DNA of 64,000 nt from an uncultured Dehalococcoidales bacterium (GCA_964453525.1 CAYVOV010000009.1:64686-128685), one strand, 5' to 3'; shown: positions 1 to 8,862, counted from the stretch's first letter. Program-made: numbers and translations. Notes: generated by a model from the sequence alone, not told the origin.

Positions 1-1463
1 ATCCATCACTTGAAGAGGTTAAAAAACTGAGTAAGGACGGCAATCTTGTGCCCGTTTACCGGGAAATAGTTGCCGACCTTGAAACACCGGTGTCCGCCTT
101 CATGAAGATTAACCGGGGCGGCTATTCTTTTCTGCTGGAGAGCGTCGAGGGAGGAGAAAGGCTGGCACGCTACAGCTTCATCGGTACCGAGCCGTACAAA
201 ACGCTGTCGGTCAGAGGAGAAGACAATTTAGACCCGCTGCCGCTTATTGCCGGAGAGATGGACAGGTTCAAAATAGTGCCGGTCGGCGAGCTGCCCAAGT
301 TCTGCGGCGGTGCCGTGGGCTATCTCAGCTATGAAACGGTGACGCGGTTCGAAGAGCTACCATCTCCGGGAAAAGACCCACTTGATTTGCCTGAATCGGT
401 ATTCATGTTCGTTGATACGGTGCTTATTTTCGACCACGTCACTCACAAGATTAGGGTAATGAGCCACGTCCATATCGACGGAGACATCGAGAAAGCCTAC
501 CGGGAAGCGGTTGCCAGGATTGATAACATGGTGGACAGGTTGAACCGGCCGCTTGGGCTGAGGCGGCAAATGAACGGGTCGCCAGCTCCCGCCGGAAAAT
601 CGGTACCTTCCTCAAACTTCACCAGGCAGGAATATGAAGCCGCCGTTGAGAAGATAAAGCAGTATATTACTGCCGGAGAAGCCATCCAGGTAGTGCCTTC
701 CCAGCGACTCTCCCAGACTACCACGGCGCCGCCTTTTGAAATCTACCGGGCGCTGCGTACCATTAATCCGTCCCCCTATATGTTTTATCTGGATTTCAAG
801 GACTTTCAGATAATCGGGGCTTCTCCGGAGATTCTGGTAAGGGTGGAAAACGGTATGGTGACAACCCGTCCCCTGGCGGGCACAAGGCCGAGGGGCAGGA
901 CACCGGAAGAGGATATCGCTCTTGAGCAGGAACTTCGCAATGATGAAAAGGAAAGAGCCGAGCACATTATGCTCGTCGACCTGGGGCGGAACGATATCGG
1001 ACGGGTAAGTGTGCCGGGCACGGTGGAGGTCAGCGAGCTTATGGAGGTGGAGCGTTACTCTCACGTTATGCACCTGGTGACAAACGTTCAGGGGAAATTG
1101 CGGCCTGATACCAGCGCCTTTGATGCCCTGCGCGCCTGTTTCCCGGCCGGAACTGTTTCCGGAGCGCCGAAAATCCGGGCGATGGAGATAATCGCCGAGT
1201 TCGAACCGGAAAAAAGAGGACCCTATGCCGGAGCCGCCGGTTACTTCTCTTTCTCCGGTGACATGGATATGGCAATCTCAATAAGGACAATGGTAGTCAA
1301 AGACGGAATTGCTTATACGCAGTCCGGTGGCGGGGTGGTCTACGACAGCGTGCCGGAACGCGAGTATGAGGAGACACTGAACAAGGCGAGGGCATCGCTC
1401 AATGCCGTGAGCCAGGCTGAAGCGTCTCAGGTAGAGGGGGAGAACAATGCTGCTTCTCATTGA
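1..1463 (+). CDS. trpE: anthranilate synthase component I (5' end outside window)
   Basis: The product has TrpE hallmarks (LLESVEGGERLARYSFIG, and C-terminal GAPKIRAMEII...GPYAGAAGYF). The frame stays open up to nt 3 (PSLEEVKKLSKDGNL...), so the true start lies upstream of the window. Confidence 0.95.
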   Translation, partial: PSLEEVKKLSKDGNLVPVYREIVADLETPVSAFMKINRGGYSFLLESVEGGERLARYSFIGTEPYKTLSVRGEDNLDPLPLIAGEMDRFKIVPVGELPKFCGGAVGYLSYETVTRFEELPSPGKDPLDLPESVFMFVDTVLIFDHVTHKIRVMSHVHIDGDIEKAYREAVARIDNMVDRLNRPLGLRRQMNGSPAPAGKSVPSSNFTRQEYEAAVEKIKQYITAGEAIQVVPSQRLSQTTTAPPFEIYRALRTINPSPYMFYLDFKDFQIIGASPEILVRVENGMVTTRPLAGTRPRGRTPEEDIALEQELRNDEKERAEHIMLVDLGRNDIGRVSVPGTVEVSELMEVERYSHVMHLVTNVQGKLRPDTSAFDALRACFPAGTVSGAPKIRAMEIIAEFEPEKRGPYAGAAGYFSFSGDMDMAISIRTMVVKDGIAYTQSGGGVVYDSVPEREYEETLNKARASLNAVSQAEASQVEGENNAASH

Positions 1464-1473
1464 TAGTTTCAAA
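1447..1473 (+). other. duplicated remnant of the trpG start (ATG overlapping the trpE stop)
   Basis: atgctgcttctcattgatagtttc encodes MLLLIDSF. The functional trpG start at 1637 encodes MLLLIDNYDSF. The remnant ORF then runs into repeat sequence. Confidence 0.7.
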
Positions 1474-1636
1474 AGTTCAAAAGCCGGGACTATTAAGTTT
1501 TGGTTGCCGGTGTCATTGCGAGCCCCGATTTATCGGGGTGAAGCAATCACCACGTTCGAAAGAGGAGATTGCTTCGTCGTCCCGATGGTATCGGGACGAC
1601 GAAGCAATGACAGATTAAGTGAATGTGGAGTGTGCC
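1474..1636. repeat. inverted pair of 'gtcattgc...gcaatgac' hairpin units inserted between trpE and trpG
   Basis: Unit 1511-1548 is gtcattgcgagccccgatttatcggggtgaagcaatc. Unit 1565-1611 is gagattgcttcgtcgtcccgatggtatcgggacgacgaagcaatgac. Each has an internal palindrome. Confidence 0.8.
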
Positions 1637-2212
1637 ATGTTACTGCTTATTGATAATTACGATAGTTTTACTTACAATCTCTTTCAGTACCTCAGCGAAC
1701 TGGGCGAAGAGGTTGAGGTGGTGCGTAATGATAAGACCACCATTGAGGAGATTGAAAAGATGGAGCCGGAGCGGATAGTTATATCACCCGGACCCTCCAC
1801 ACCGCAGAATGCCGGTATCTCAAACGATGTAATCAAGTATTTCGGTAGCAAACTGCCGGTGCTCGGCGTCTGCCTGGGACACCAGTGCATCGGCTACAGC
1901 TACGGCGGCATTGTAGGGCAGGCTAAACGGATAATGCACGGCAAATCTTCGATGATACACCATACCGGACAGGGCATATTTACCGGACTGCCCAATCCCT
2001 TCTCCGCCATCCGCTATCACTCACTGGTGGTGAAGCGGGAGGGACTGCCGGACTGTTTTGAGATTTCCGCCTGGACTGACGATGATGAAATTATGGGGCT
2101 GAAGCACAAACAACACCCGGTGGAAGGCATCCAGTTCCACCCTGAGTCTTTCATGACCCAGGCGGGGAAAGACATTCTTAGAAATTTTCTGAAAGTGGGG
2201 CGTAAGGAGTAA
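1637..2212 (+). CDS. trpG: anthranilate synthase component II (glutamine amidotransferase)
   Basis: MLLLIDNYDSFTYNL, GVCLGHQ (nucleophile Cys) and FHPES motifs. GGAG lies 7 nt upstream of ATG 1637. The ORF track begins at an upstream GTG (1619). Confidence 0.93.
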   Translation: MLLLIDNYDSFTYNLFQYLSELGEEVEVVRNDKTTIEEIEKMEPERIVISPGPSTPQNAGISNDVIKYFGSKLPVLGVCLGHQCIGYSYGGIVGQAKRIMHGKSSMIHHTGQGIFTGLPNPFSAIRYHSLVVKREGLPDCFEISAWTDDDEIMGLKHKQHPVEGIQFHPESFMTQAGKDILRNFLKVGRKE

Positions 2213-2227
2213 TAAAAAGTTGAGTGA

Positions 2228-2402
2228 ATTTCCCCCCTTTCGTAAAGGGGGATAAAGGGGGATTTTATAAATCCCTCTCGGTCTCCCCTTCGACAGGCTC
2301 AGGGCAGGCTCTTTACGAAAGGGAGAAGTTGGTGGGGTTTCGTCCTTCGACATGCTCAGGACGAGCGGTGCTGGATTCCAGCCTGCGCGGGAATGATAAA
2401 TG
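2228..2402 (+). repeat. composite intergenic repeat 'Rep-1' (copy 1) plus two extra hairpin units
   Basis: ccccctttcgtaaagggggataaagggggattttataaatccctctcggtctccccttcgacaggctcagggcaggctctttacgaaagggaga is shared with copies at ~12062, ~16345 and ~29150. It is followed by the cgtccttcgacatgctcaggacgag and ggattccagcctgcgcgggaatga hairpins. Confidence 0.85.
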
Positions 2403-2438
2403 TAGGCTAAAATAGGGCAAAGGTGAGGAGGTAGATAT

Positions 2439-3116
2439 ATGAAATGGAGTAAATCGCTCGACATATTTGCTATATTTATGCTTTATGTCATTGTCATTAC
2501 TATTGGCATCATTATGATAGTTTACTTAGTAGTGACTCCGAATCTTGAAACAAATGATAAAGTTGGAATTACAATGGCGATAAGCACGGTGGCACTTGTC
2601 GTTGTTACAGGTGTCTATGCTTGGCACACGCATAAAATGGCTGAGGAGATGAGAGAGCAAAGGATAATAACATCACGTCCAGTAATCATTTTAAAACCTG
2701 TACATGAAAAAGATATTTGGGAGGGAAGTACTAAGGATTATTTTTCACATTTTGAAATTTCTAATGTAGGAAATAGCCCTGCAATCGAGTTGGAAAGTTC
2801 ACTTACGGCCAATAAACATGATTACTCCAGTAGTATCCGACAAACATATTTGAGGAAAGATGATGATCCCGTTAAATTTCGCCCTTATAATATTTCGAGT
2901 CTGGAACAAAATAAAACATACTACCTTATTTGCGAATATCAAAACGTATTTCCTTATGATGTTCAAAAACCGTTCTATCAAACGTGTTTACCTTTTAAAA
3001 TGAGGGAATCCGGCGAAAAAGGAAAAATATACATTGTAGCTGGCGAATTAGAATTTACAGAAGTATCAGAAGAAGAACGTATTGATGCGTTCGGAAGTAG
3101 GAGTAAACCAAAATGA
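2439..3116 (+). CDS. hypothetical membrane protein (2 N-terminal TM helices; paralogue of 22700..23428)
   Basis: GGAGG lies 7 nt upstream of the ATG. There are two hydrophobic helices, then EQRIITSRPVIIL and FEISNVGNSPA motifs that are shared with ORF 22700. The gene is AT-rich (~33% G+C by hand count of one 60-nt line) inside the trp operon. Confidence 0.7.
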   Translation: MKWSKSLDIFAIFMLYVIVITIGIIMIVYLVVTPNLETNDKVGITMAISTVALVVVTGVYAWHTHKMAEEMREQRIITSRPVIILKPVHEKDIWEGSTKDYFSHFEISNVGNSPAIELESSLTANKHDYSSSIRQTYLRKDDDPVKFRPYNISSLEQNKTYYLICEYQNVFPYDVQKPFYQTCLPFKMRESGEKGKIYIVAGELEFTEVSEEERIDAFGSRSKPK

Positions 3117-3205
3117 TTAAAGAAGCAATTCAGACCATTATTGGTAACAGGCCGGCTACCAGCTGCTCCGTTCGCCCTTCGACAGGCTCAGGGCGAATGA
3201 TGTAA
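3113..3205 (+). other. duplicated remnant of the trpD RBS/start (30-codon ORF running into a repeat)
   Basis: atgattaaagaagcaatt (3113-3130) matches the real trpD start atgattagagaagcaatt (3819-3836) at 17/18 nt. MIKEAIQTII compares with MIREAISMLV. The ATG overlaps the stop of ORF 2439..3116 (ATGA). Confidence 0.75.
3168..3199 (+). repeat. 'Rep-2' hairpin (gttcgYcc-ttcgacaRgctca-ggRcgaac family)
   Basis: ccgttcgcccttcgacaggctcagggcgaatg lies 12 nt upstream of the GIY-YIG start. The same unit recurs at 3484, 3553 and 3749. Confidence 0.85.
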
Positions 3206-3210
3206 AGCAA

Positions 3211-3543
3211 ATGAGTTTTTGGGTTTATATTTTACTATGTGCAGATAACTCCTACTACACCGGACATACTGACAATCTTGAGGAGCGCATCGCTAAACAT
3301 CAGACCGGTGAAATTACCGGCTATACATCCAGCAGACGTCCGGTTAAATTACTTTTTACACAGGAGTTCTCCACCAGGGAGGAAGCTCTGGCCCGTGAGC
3401 GGCAGGTTAAAGGATGGCGTCGTAGCAAGAAGGAGGCAATGATACGGGGAGATTGGGATGAGGTGTCTCGCCTGGCTCATGAGGGTTCGTCCTTCGACAA
3501 GCTCAGGACGAACGGGTATCGACCAAAGATGAGTGAATGGTAA
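3211..3543 (+). CDS. GIY-YIG nuclease family protein (URI-domain, COG2827-like)
   Basis: FWVYILLCADNSYYTGHTDNLEERIAKHQTG...REEALARERQVKGWRRSKKEAMI is the canonical small GIY-YIG pattern. The last ~20 codons (SSFDKLRTNG...MSEW) are read from repeat sequence. Confidence 0.85.
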   Translation: MSFWVYILLCADNSYYTGHTDNLEERIAKHQTGEITGYTSSRRPVKLLFTQEFSTREEALARERQVKGWRRSKKEAMIRGDWDEVSRLAHEGSSFDKLRTNGYRPKMSEW

Positions 3544-3790
3544 ACCATGGGGGCCCGCCCTTCGACAAGCTCAGGGCGAACGGAAAACGGGCTCATCAAG
3601 AATGGAAAAGAGGCTCAGCATGAACGCATTTAAATCAAAGAAGAGTGAATAATAATCTCAGGACGAACGCATCTGAATCGAAGAGGAGTGAATGATAATC
3701 TCAGGACGAACGCATTTAAACCAGAGAGGAGTGAATAATAAACTTGTGGGCGTTCATCCTTCGACAAGCTCAGGACGAACGGATAATAAA
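3484..3790 (+). repeat. cluster of Rep-2 hairpins plus ~44-bp tandem units
   Basis: Hairpins at 3484-3515, 3553-3583 and 3749-3782. Tandem units ctcaggRcgaacgcatYtRaaYcRaagaRgagtgaatRataa at ~3502, 3613, 3657 and 3700. Confidence 0.85.
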
Positions 3791-3818
3791 GTATTAAATT
3801 AATGAACGGAGAAGAAAA

Positions 3819-4835
3819 ATGATTAGAGAAGCAATTTCAATGCTGGTTGAAGGGAAGTCACTATCCACAGATCAGGCAGCACAGGTGATGAATGAAATTA
3901 TGGAGGGTGAAGTGACCCCCGCACAGTTCGGCGCCTTTGTCACCGCTCTCCGGCTCAAGGGAGAGACGGTAGAGGAAATCGCCGGGCTGGTGAAAGTGAT
4001 GCGTGCCAAGGCTATCCCGGTACTCATCAAAGAGCCGGTGATTGACGTGGTCGGTACCGGAGGTGACGGCAAGAATACCTTCAATATCTCCACGGCTGCC
4101 GCCTTTGTTGTTGCCGGCGCCGGACTGAAGGTAGCCAAGCATGGCAACCGTGCTGCCTCGAGCCAGAGTGGCGCCGCCGACGTGCTGGAAGCGCTGGGAG
4201 TTAAATTCGACCTCAATGCCGAGCAGGTGCAGAAGTCGGTTGAGGAGGTAGGAATCGGTTTTATGTTCGCCCCGGCGTTTCACCCGGCGATGAAGTATGC
4301 CGGACCTCCCCGGCGGGAGATAGGTATCCGCACCGTGTTTAATATCATCGGGCCCCTGACCAATCCGGCCGGCGCCAGAACATACCTTCTGGGAGTCGCC
4401 GAGACTTCACTGGTTGAGAAACTGGCGCTGGTGCTGCAGAGCCTTGACTGCGAACACGCTCTGGTAGTCCACGGCGAGGACGGACTTGATGAAATCACGC
4501 TAACGGGGAAAAGCCAGGTCTGCGAGCTTAAAGACGGCAAAATTCATACCTATACAATCGACCCCGGAGACTTTGGTCTGGTAAAAGCCAGCCTGGATGC
4601 CCTGAAAGGCGGCACTGCCGAGGAAAACGCCACTCTGTTACGGGATATTCTCAGTGGGAAGAAAGGACCCCAGCGGGATATTGTTATTCTGAACGCCGCG
4701 GCAGCACTTGTGGCAGGAAATAAGGCTGAATCGGTTGAAGAGGGGATAAAGATGGCAATGGATGCGGTTGATAAAGGGCAGGCACTAGACAAGCTGAAAT
4801 GGCTTGTCGAATTCAGCCAGAGTTTTGCGGTATAA
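3819..4835 (+). CDS. trpD: anthranilate phosphoribosyltransferase
   Basis: VVGTGGDGKNTFNISTAAAFV and KHGNRAASSQSGAADVLEALG motifs. Sits in operon position after trpG. Confidence 0.95.
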   Translation: MIREAISMLVEGKSLSTDQAAQVMNEIMEGEVTPAQFGAFVTALRLKGETVEEIAGLVKVMRAKAIPVLIKEPVIDVVGTGGDGKNTFNISTAAAFVVAGAGLKVAKHGNRAASSQSGAADVLEALGVKFDLNAEQVQKSVEEVGIGFMFAPAFHPAMKYAGPPRREIGIRTVFNIIGPLTNPAGARTYLLGVAETSLVEKLALVLQSLDCEHALVVHGEDGLDEITLTGKSQVCELKDGKIHTYTIDPGDFGLVKASLDALKGGTAEENATLLRDILSGKKGPQRDIVILNAAAALVAGNKAESVEEGIKMAMDAVDKGQALDKLKWLVEFSQSFAV

Positions 4836-4871
4836 CGGAGGTAATATTATAACAGGAGTTTCACAGTTAAT

Positions 4872-4988
4872 GTCATTCTGAGTGAAACGAAGAATCTCGG
4901 GGTGGGGAAGATAATATACTTAAAACCCCACCATGCCGAGACCCTTCGCGGAGTTTGCACTGAGCAGAGCGAATGTGCTCTGGGTGAC
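4872..4988. repeat. inverted pair of 'gtcattc...gaatgac/gggtgac' family hairpin units between trpD and trpC
   Basis: gtcattctgagtgaaacgaagaatctcggggtgggga (4872-4908) and ccccaccatgccgagacccttcgcgg...ctctgggtgac (4926-4988). Confidence 0.75.
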
Positions 4989-5012
4989 ATGACTCTACCA
5001 AGAGAGTAAAAA

Positions 5013-5789
5013 ATGATTCTTGATGAGATAGTCGAATATAACCGGACGGAGCTTGGGAATGTGAAGAGCAGTGTTCCGCTGGAAGAGCTGCGGAAGGCTA
5101 CTCTCGGGCAGCCTGAACCGCTTGACTTCGCCACAGCGCTACGTGGCGATGGTATCCGGCTGATTGCCGAGGTCAAGAAAGCCTCGCCTTCCCGGGGAGT
5201 AATCCGCGCCGATTTTAGTCCCGTGGAGATTGCCCGCACCTATGCCGCTAACGGTGCCTCCGCCATATCGGTATTAACAGAGGAAAAGTACTTTCAGGGC
5301 AGTCTTGATTATCTCAGGGATATCAGGGACGCTCTGGGAGATAATAAAATACCCCTGCTGAGGAAGGACTTTATCTTCGACTCCTACCAGGTTTACCAGG
5401 CAAGAGCTTACGGCGCTGATGCTTTACTGCTTATCGTGGCTATCCTGAGTCCTGAGAAACTGGACGAGCTGCTTTCGTTGAGTCACCGGCTCGGCATGAA
5501 GTGTCCTGTTGAAGTCCACAATGAGGCTGAGCTTGAAACTGCCCTGAAATCCGGGGCTGGTATAATCGGTATAAATAATCGGGACCTGACCACTTTTAAA
5601 GTGGATATTTCCACCACCCGGCGTTTAAGGCGCCTTATTCCCGGAGATAAAATAGTGGTCAGTGAAAGCGGTATAAAGACCCGTGACGATATTAAGAAGA
5701 TGAAAGATTGGGGTGTGGACGCCGTGCTGATTGGCGAAGCCCTGATGGCCTCAACCGATATTGCGTCTAAGATTAAGGAGTTGCTGTGA
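5013..5789 (+). CDS. trpC: indole-3-glycerol phosphate synthase
   Basis: IAEVKKASPSRG, LLRKDFI and IGINNRDL motifs; operon context. Confidence 0.95.
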   Translation: MILDEIVEYNRTELGNVKSSVPLEELRKATLGQPEPLDFATALRGDGIRLIAEVKKASPSRGVIRADFSPVEIARTYAANGASAISVLTEEKYFQGSLDYLRDIRDALGDNKIPLLRKDFIFDSYQVYQARAYGADALLLIVAILSPEKLDELLSLSHRLGMKCPVEVHNEAELETALKSGAGIIGINNRDLTTFKVDISTTRRLRRLIPGDKIVVSESGIKTRDDIKKMKDWGVDAVLIGEALMASTDIASKIKELL

Positions 5790-6430
5790 CGAAGGTAAAA
5801 ATATGCGGGCTGTCCGAGGTCGAGCACGCGCTGGCTGCCGCCGAAGCGGGCGCCGATTTCCTGGGAGTGATGTTCGCTCCCAGCCGCCGCCAGGTTACGC
5901 CGGAGAGGGCGGCGGAGATAGCCGGGGCGGTCCATAGCCTGGAAAACCCGCCGGAGGTGGTCGGTGTTTTCGTTGACCTGCCGGCTAAGGAGGTCAACGA
6001 AATCGCAGCTAAGTGCGGACTTGACCGGGTGCAGCTCAGCGATGGTGAGGACTGGTCATACTGCCTTGAAATTGAGAGACCGGTTACAAAAGTAGTCCAT
6101 ATAGTGGAAGGAAAGAAAGCTTCAGAAGTTATTGCAGAGATAGAAGAGGGTTATAAAGTGGTCTCAAAGAAGGACGTTATCTGTCAGCTGGATACACAGG
6201 TTGGAGATGTATACGGCGGGACGGGACAGACTTTTAACTGGGAGCTGGCAGGGGAAGCAGCCAGTAAATTCCAGATTATGGTTGCCGGAGGACTGACCCC
6301 TGAAAACGTCGGTCGGCTCATCACCGAGGTCAATCCCTGGGGAGTGGATGTCTCCTCGGGCGTTGAAACAGATGGCAAAAAGGATATTAAGAAGATTATA
6401 GAGTTTATCAATAGAGCGAAGGGGGGTTAA
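5786..6430 (+). CDS. trpF: phosphoribosylanthranilate isomerase
   Basis: VKICGL...GADFLGVMF...GVDVSSGVE. 4-nt overlap with trpC. Confidence 0.92.
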   Translation: MTKVKICGLSEVEHALAAAEAGADFLGVMFAPSRRQVTPERAAEIAGAVHSLENPPEVVGVFVDLPAKEVNEIAAKCGLDRVQLSDGEDWSYCLEIERPVTKVVHIVEGKKASEVIAEIEEGYKVVSKKDVICQLDTQVGDVYGGTGQTFNWELAGEAASKFQIMVAGGLTPENVGRLITEVNPWGVDVSSGVETDGKKDIKKIIEFINRAKGG

Positions 6431-7618
6431 TTGATACAGGGTAAAAGAGGATATTTCGGGAACTACGGGGGACAATTCGTCCCGGAGACACTGATGCCGG
6501 TGCTCGACGAGCTGGCGGAAGCTTACAGGCAGGCGAATGCCGATGCCGCTTTCTGGGCTGAGTTCGATGCGCTGTCCCGCGACTATTCCGGCAGGCCGAC
6601 TCCGCTTTATCTGGCGGAAACGCTGACCAGGCATTGCGGCAGCGTAAAAATCTACCTGAAACGGGAAGACCTGGCTCACACCGGAGCCCATAAGATTAAC
6701 AATGCCCTGGGTCAGGGCTTGATGGCTCAGAAAATGTGCAAACGGAGGATTATTGCCGAGACGGGGGCAGGCCAGCATGGAGTGGCTGTGGCGGCAGTTT
6801 GCGCCAAGCTGGGTCTGGATTGCATCGTTTATATGGGAGAGGAAGATGTCAGGCGGCAGTCGCTTAACGTTTTCCGGATGAAACTGATGGGTGCCGAGGT
6901 AAGACCGGTTGCCGGGGGCAGCCGGACACTCAAGGATGCCATCAATGAGGCGATAAGGGACTGGGTGACGAACGCCAGGGATACGTATTACCTTCTCGGT
7001 TCGGTCGTCGGTCCTTACCCGTATCCAATGATGGTGCGCGACTTTCAGTCGGTAATCGGCAAGGAGACAAGGCAGCAGATACTGGACAGGGAAGGACGCC
7101 TGCCTGACTACATAGTTGCCTGTGTCGGCGGCGGCAGCAATGCCATCGGCATTTTCTATCCTTTTATTGATGATAAGGAAGTGAAGCTAATCGGCGTGGA
7201 GGCTGCCGGAAGGGGAATTGAAAGCGGGGAACATGCCGCTTCGCTGGCGGAGGGAAGAGTGGGAGTCCTCCACGGGGCAAAGTCATACGTTCTCCAGGAC
7301 AGTGACGGACAAATCAGGGAGACGCACAGTGTCTCCGCCGGACTCGATTATCCCGGGGTGGGACCCGAGCACAGCTACCTGAAAGACACCGGACGAGCAA
7401 CCTATGTTGCCGTGGATGACAAAGAAGCCCTCGAAGGTTTCCAGCTTCTTTGCCGGACGGAAGGTATTCCACCGGCCCTTGAATCGGCTCACGCCATAGC
7501 CTATACCGCCGCTATGGCGCCGTCTCTCGATAAAGAACAGATTATCGTCATCAACCTTTCCGGAAGGGGAGATAAAGATATGGGTATTGTCGCCGATGAA
7601 CTGGGGGTGAAGCTGTGA
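6431..7618 (+). CDS. trpB: tryptophan synthase beta chain
   Basis: [22 protein letters not shown] (PLP lysine) and GGGSNAIG motifs. TTG start immediately after the trpF stop. Confidence 0.96.
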   Translation: MIQGKRGYFGNYGGQFVPETLMPVLDELAEAYRQANADAAFWAEFDALSRDYSGRPTPLYLAETLTRHCGSVKIYLKREDLAHTGAHKINNALGQGLMAQKMCKRRIIAETGAGQHGVAVAAVCAKLGLDCIVYMGEEDVRRQSLNVFRMKLMGAEVRPVAGGSRTLKDAINEAIRDWVTNARDTYYLLGSVVGPYPYPMMVRDFQSVIGKETRQQILDREGRLPDYIVACVGGGSNAIGIFYPFIDDKEVKLIGVEAAGRGIESGEHAASLAEGRVGVLHGAKSYVLQDSDGQIRETHSVSAGLDYPGVGPEHSYLKDTGRATYVAVDDKEALEGFQLLCRTEGIPPALESAHAIAYTAAMAPSLDKEQIIVINLSGRGDKDMGIVADELGVKL

Positions 7619-8403
7619 GCCGTATTGACACTGTCTTTAAAAAGTCGGGGCACACGGCTCTTATTGCCTACGTTACCGTCGGCTACCCCAGCCTTGCGGC
7701 TACGCTGAAGGCTGTCCCGCTACTTGCAGCCGGCGGCTGCGATATTATCGAGCTTGGTATCCCCTTCTCCGACCCCCTGGCTGACGGAGTTACGATACAG
7801 GCATCCAGTTTCCACGCCCTCCAGAATGGCGTCACGCCTAAAAGTTGCCTGGAGATAGCCGGAGAGTTGAGCAACAAAGTGGACGTACCACTTGTCTTCA
7901 TGACCTATTATAATCCTGTTTTCAGCTATGGTCTTGAGAAGTTCTGCAGCGACTGCGCCCGGTCCGGCATTGACGGCTTGATAATCCCTGACCTGATTCC
8001 GGAGGAAGGTACGGATATGGAATCCTGCACCGGAAAGCAGGGACTTGACCTCATCTACCTGCTGCCGCCGACAAGTACCGAAGCTCGCCTGCGGCTGGTA
8101 GCCGAGAAGTCGAGCGGATTCATCTACCTTGTCTCGGTAACCGGTATCACCGGTGCCAGGGACAGGCTGCCCGCAGACCTCGAAGCATTCGTCAGCAGGG
8201 TCAGGGAGCAGACCGGTAAGCCGCTTTGTGTAGGTTTCGGTATATCCACTCCGGAACAGGCAGGTGAGGTTGCCCGGATTGCCGACGGTGTTATAGTTGG
8301 CAGCCGGATAGTCCAGTATATGGAATGCGATGAATCACTTGCCGAGATGGAGAAATTTGTCAGAGAACTAAGGCATGCTCTCGACAGGACCGATAAGAAT
8401 TAG
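7615..8403 (+). CDS. trpA: tryptophan synthase alpha chain
   Basis: [23 protein letters not shown] and [10 protein letters not shown] motifs. 4-nt overlap with trpB. Confidence 0.95.
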   Translation: MSRIDTVFKKSGHTALIAYVTVGYPSLAATLKAVPLLAAGGCDIIELGIPFSDPLADGVTIQASSFHALQNGVTPKSCLEIAGELSNKVDVPLVFMTYYNPVFSYGLEKFCSDCARSGIDGLIIPDLIPEEGTDMESCTGKQGLDLIYLLPPTSTEARLRLVAEKSSGFIYLVSVTGITGARDRLPADLEAFVSRVREQTGKPLCVGFGISTPEQAGEVARIADGVIVGSRIVQYMECDESLAEMEKFVRELRHALDRTDKN

Positions 8404-8474
8404 GCATTACACACTTGCAGGAGCCCGGTACTGAATTAATCAGGTAAGCCGGGTAGTTTATCTGGAAAACAGGA

Positions 8475-8508
8475 GGCTGGATACACTTGAATGTATCCAG
8501 CCTTTATA
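8475..8508. terminator. intrinsic (bidirectional) terminator hairpin between the convergent trpA and the 8534 ORF
   Basis: ggctggataca-cttgaa-tgtatccagcc forms a perfect 11-bp stem, followed by tttata. Confidence 0.7.
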
Positions 8509-8533
8509 GAATACCGATGTTATGAATTCCGGC

Positions 8534-8674
8534 TTAACCCTTCCCGATCCTGAACATCTTAGTCCCGCATGATGGGCAGGTTCCCTGGGTTGCTGGTTTG
8601 CCATTCTTCATCGTTATGGCTTTCGGGTCTTTCATTTCTTTTTTAGCGCGACATTTTACACAATATGCTTCCAT
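8534..8674 (-). CDS. small zinc-ribbon protein (DUF5679-like)
   Basis: MEAYCVKCRAKKEMKDPKAITMKNGKPATQGTCPSCGTKMFRIG has a CxxC...CxxC ribbon. The start is taken at the internal Met rather than the track start (8734). Confidence 0.6.
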   Translation of the reverse strand: MEAYCVKCRAKKEMKDPKAITMKNGKPATQGTCPSCGTKMFRIGKG

Positions 8675-8862
8675 TCGACTGGCCCTCCTTATTATTTGGT
8701 TAGAAAGCATAAACTTTTTTCGGCTGAATGTCAAGTGAAAATGAAGCTGAAAACAAGGAAATTATTAAAAAATTAATATTAATTTCATAATTAACCAGTA
8801 TCGGCAGTGATAAAGGCAATTTCATTGATTGGCTGAAACCAGTATGATATAGTTTATGTACT

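Noticed and set aside
3484-3790. Possible CRISPR array, given regularly recurring hairpin units. The same question applies to 24021-24205 and 48843-49039.
   Set aside because: Units are contiguous or irregularly spaced, with no unique spacers of constant length. The repeats are degenerate, no cas genes are in the window, and the same units are dispersed singly elsewhere.
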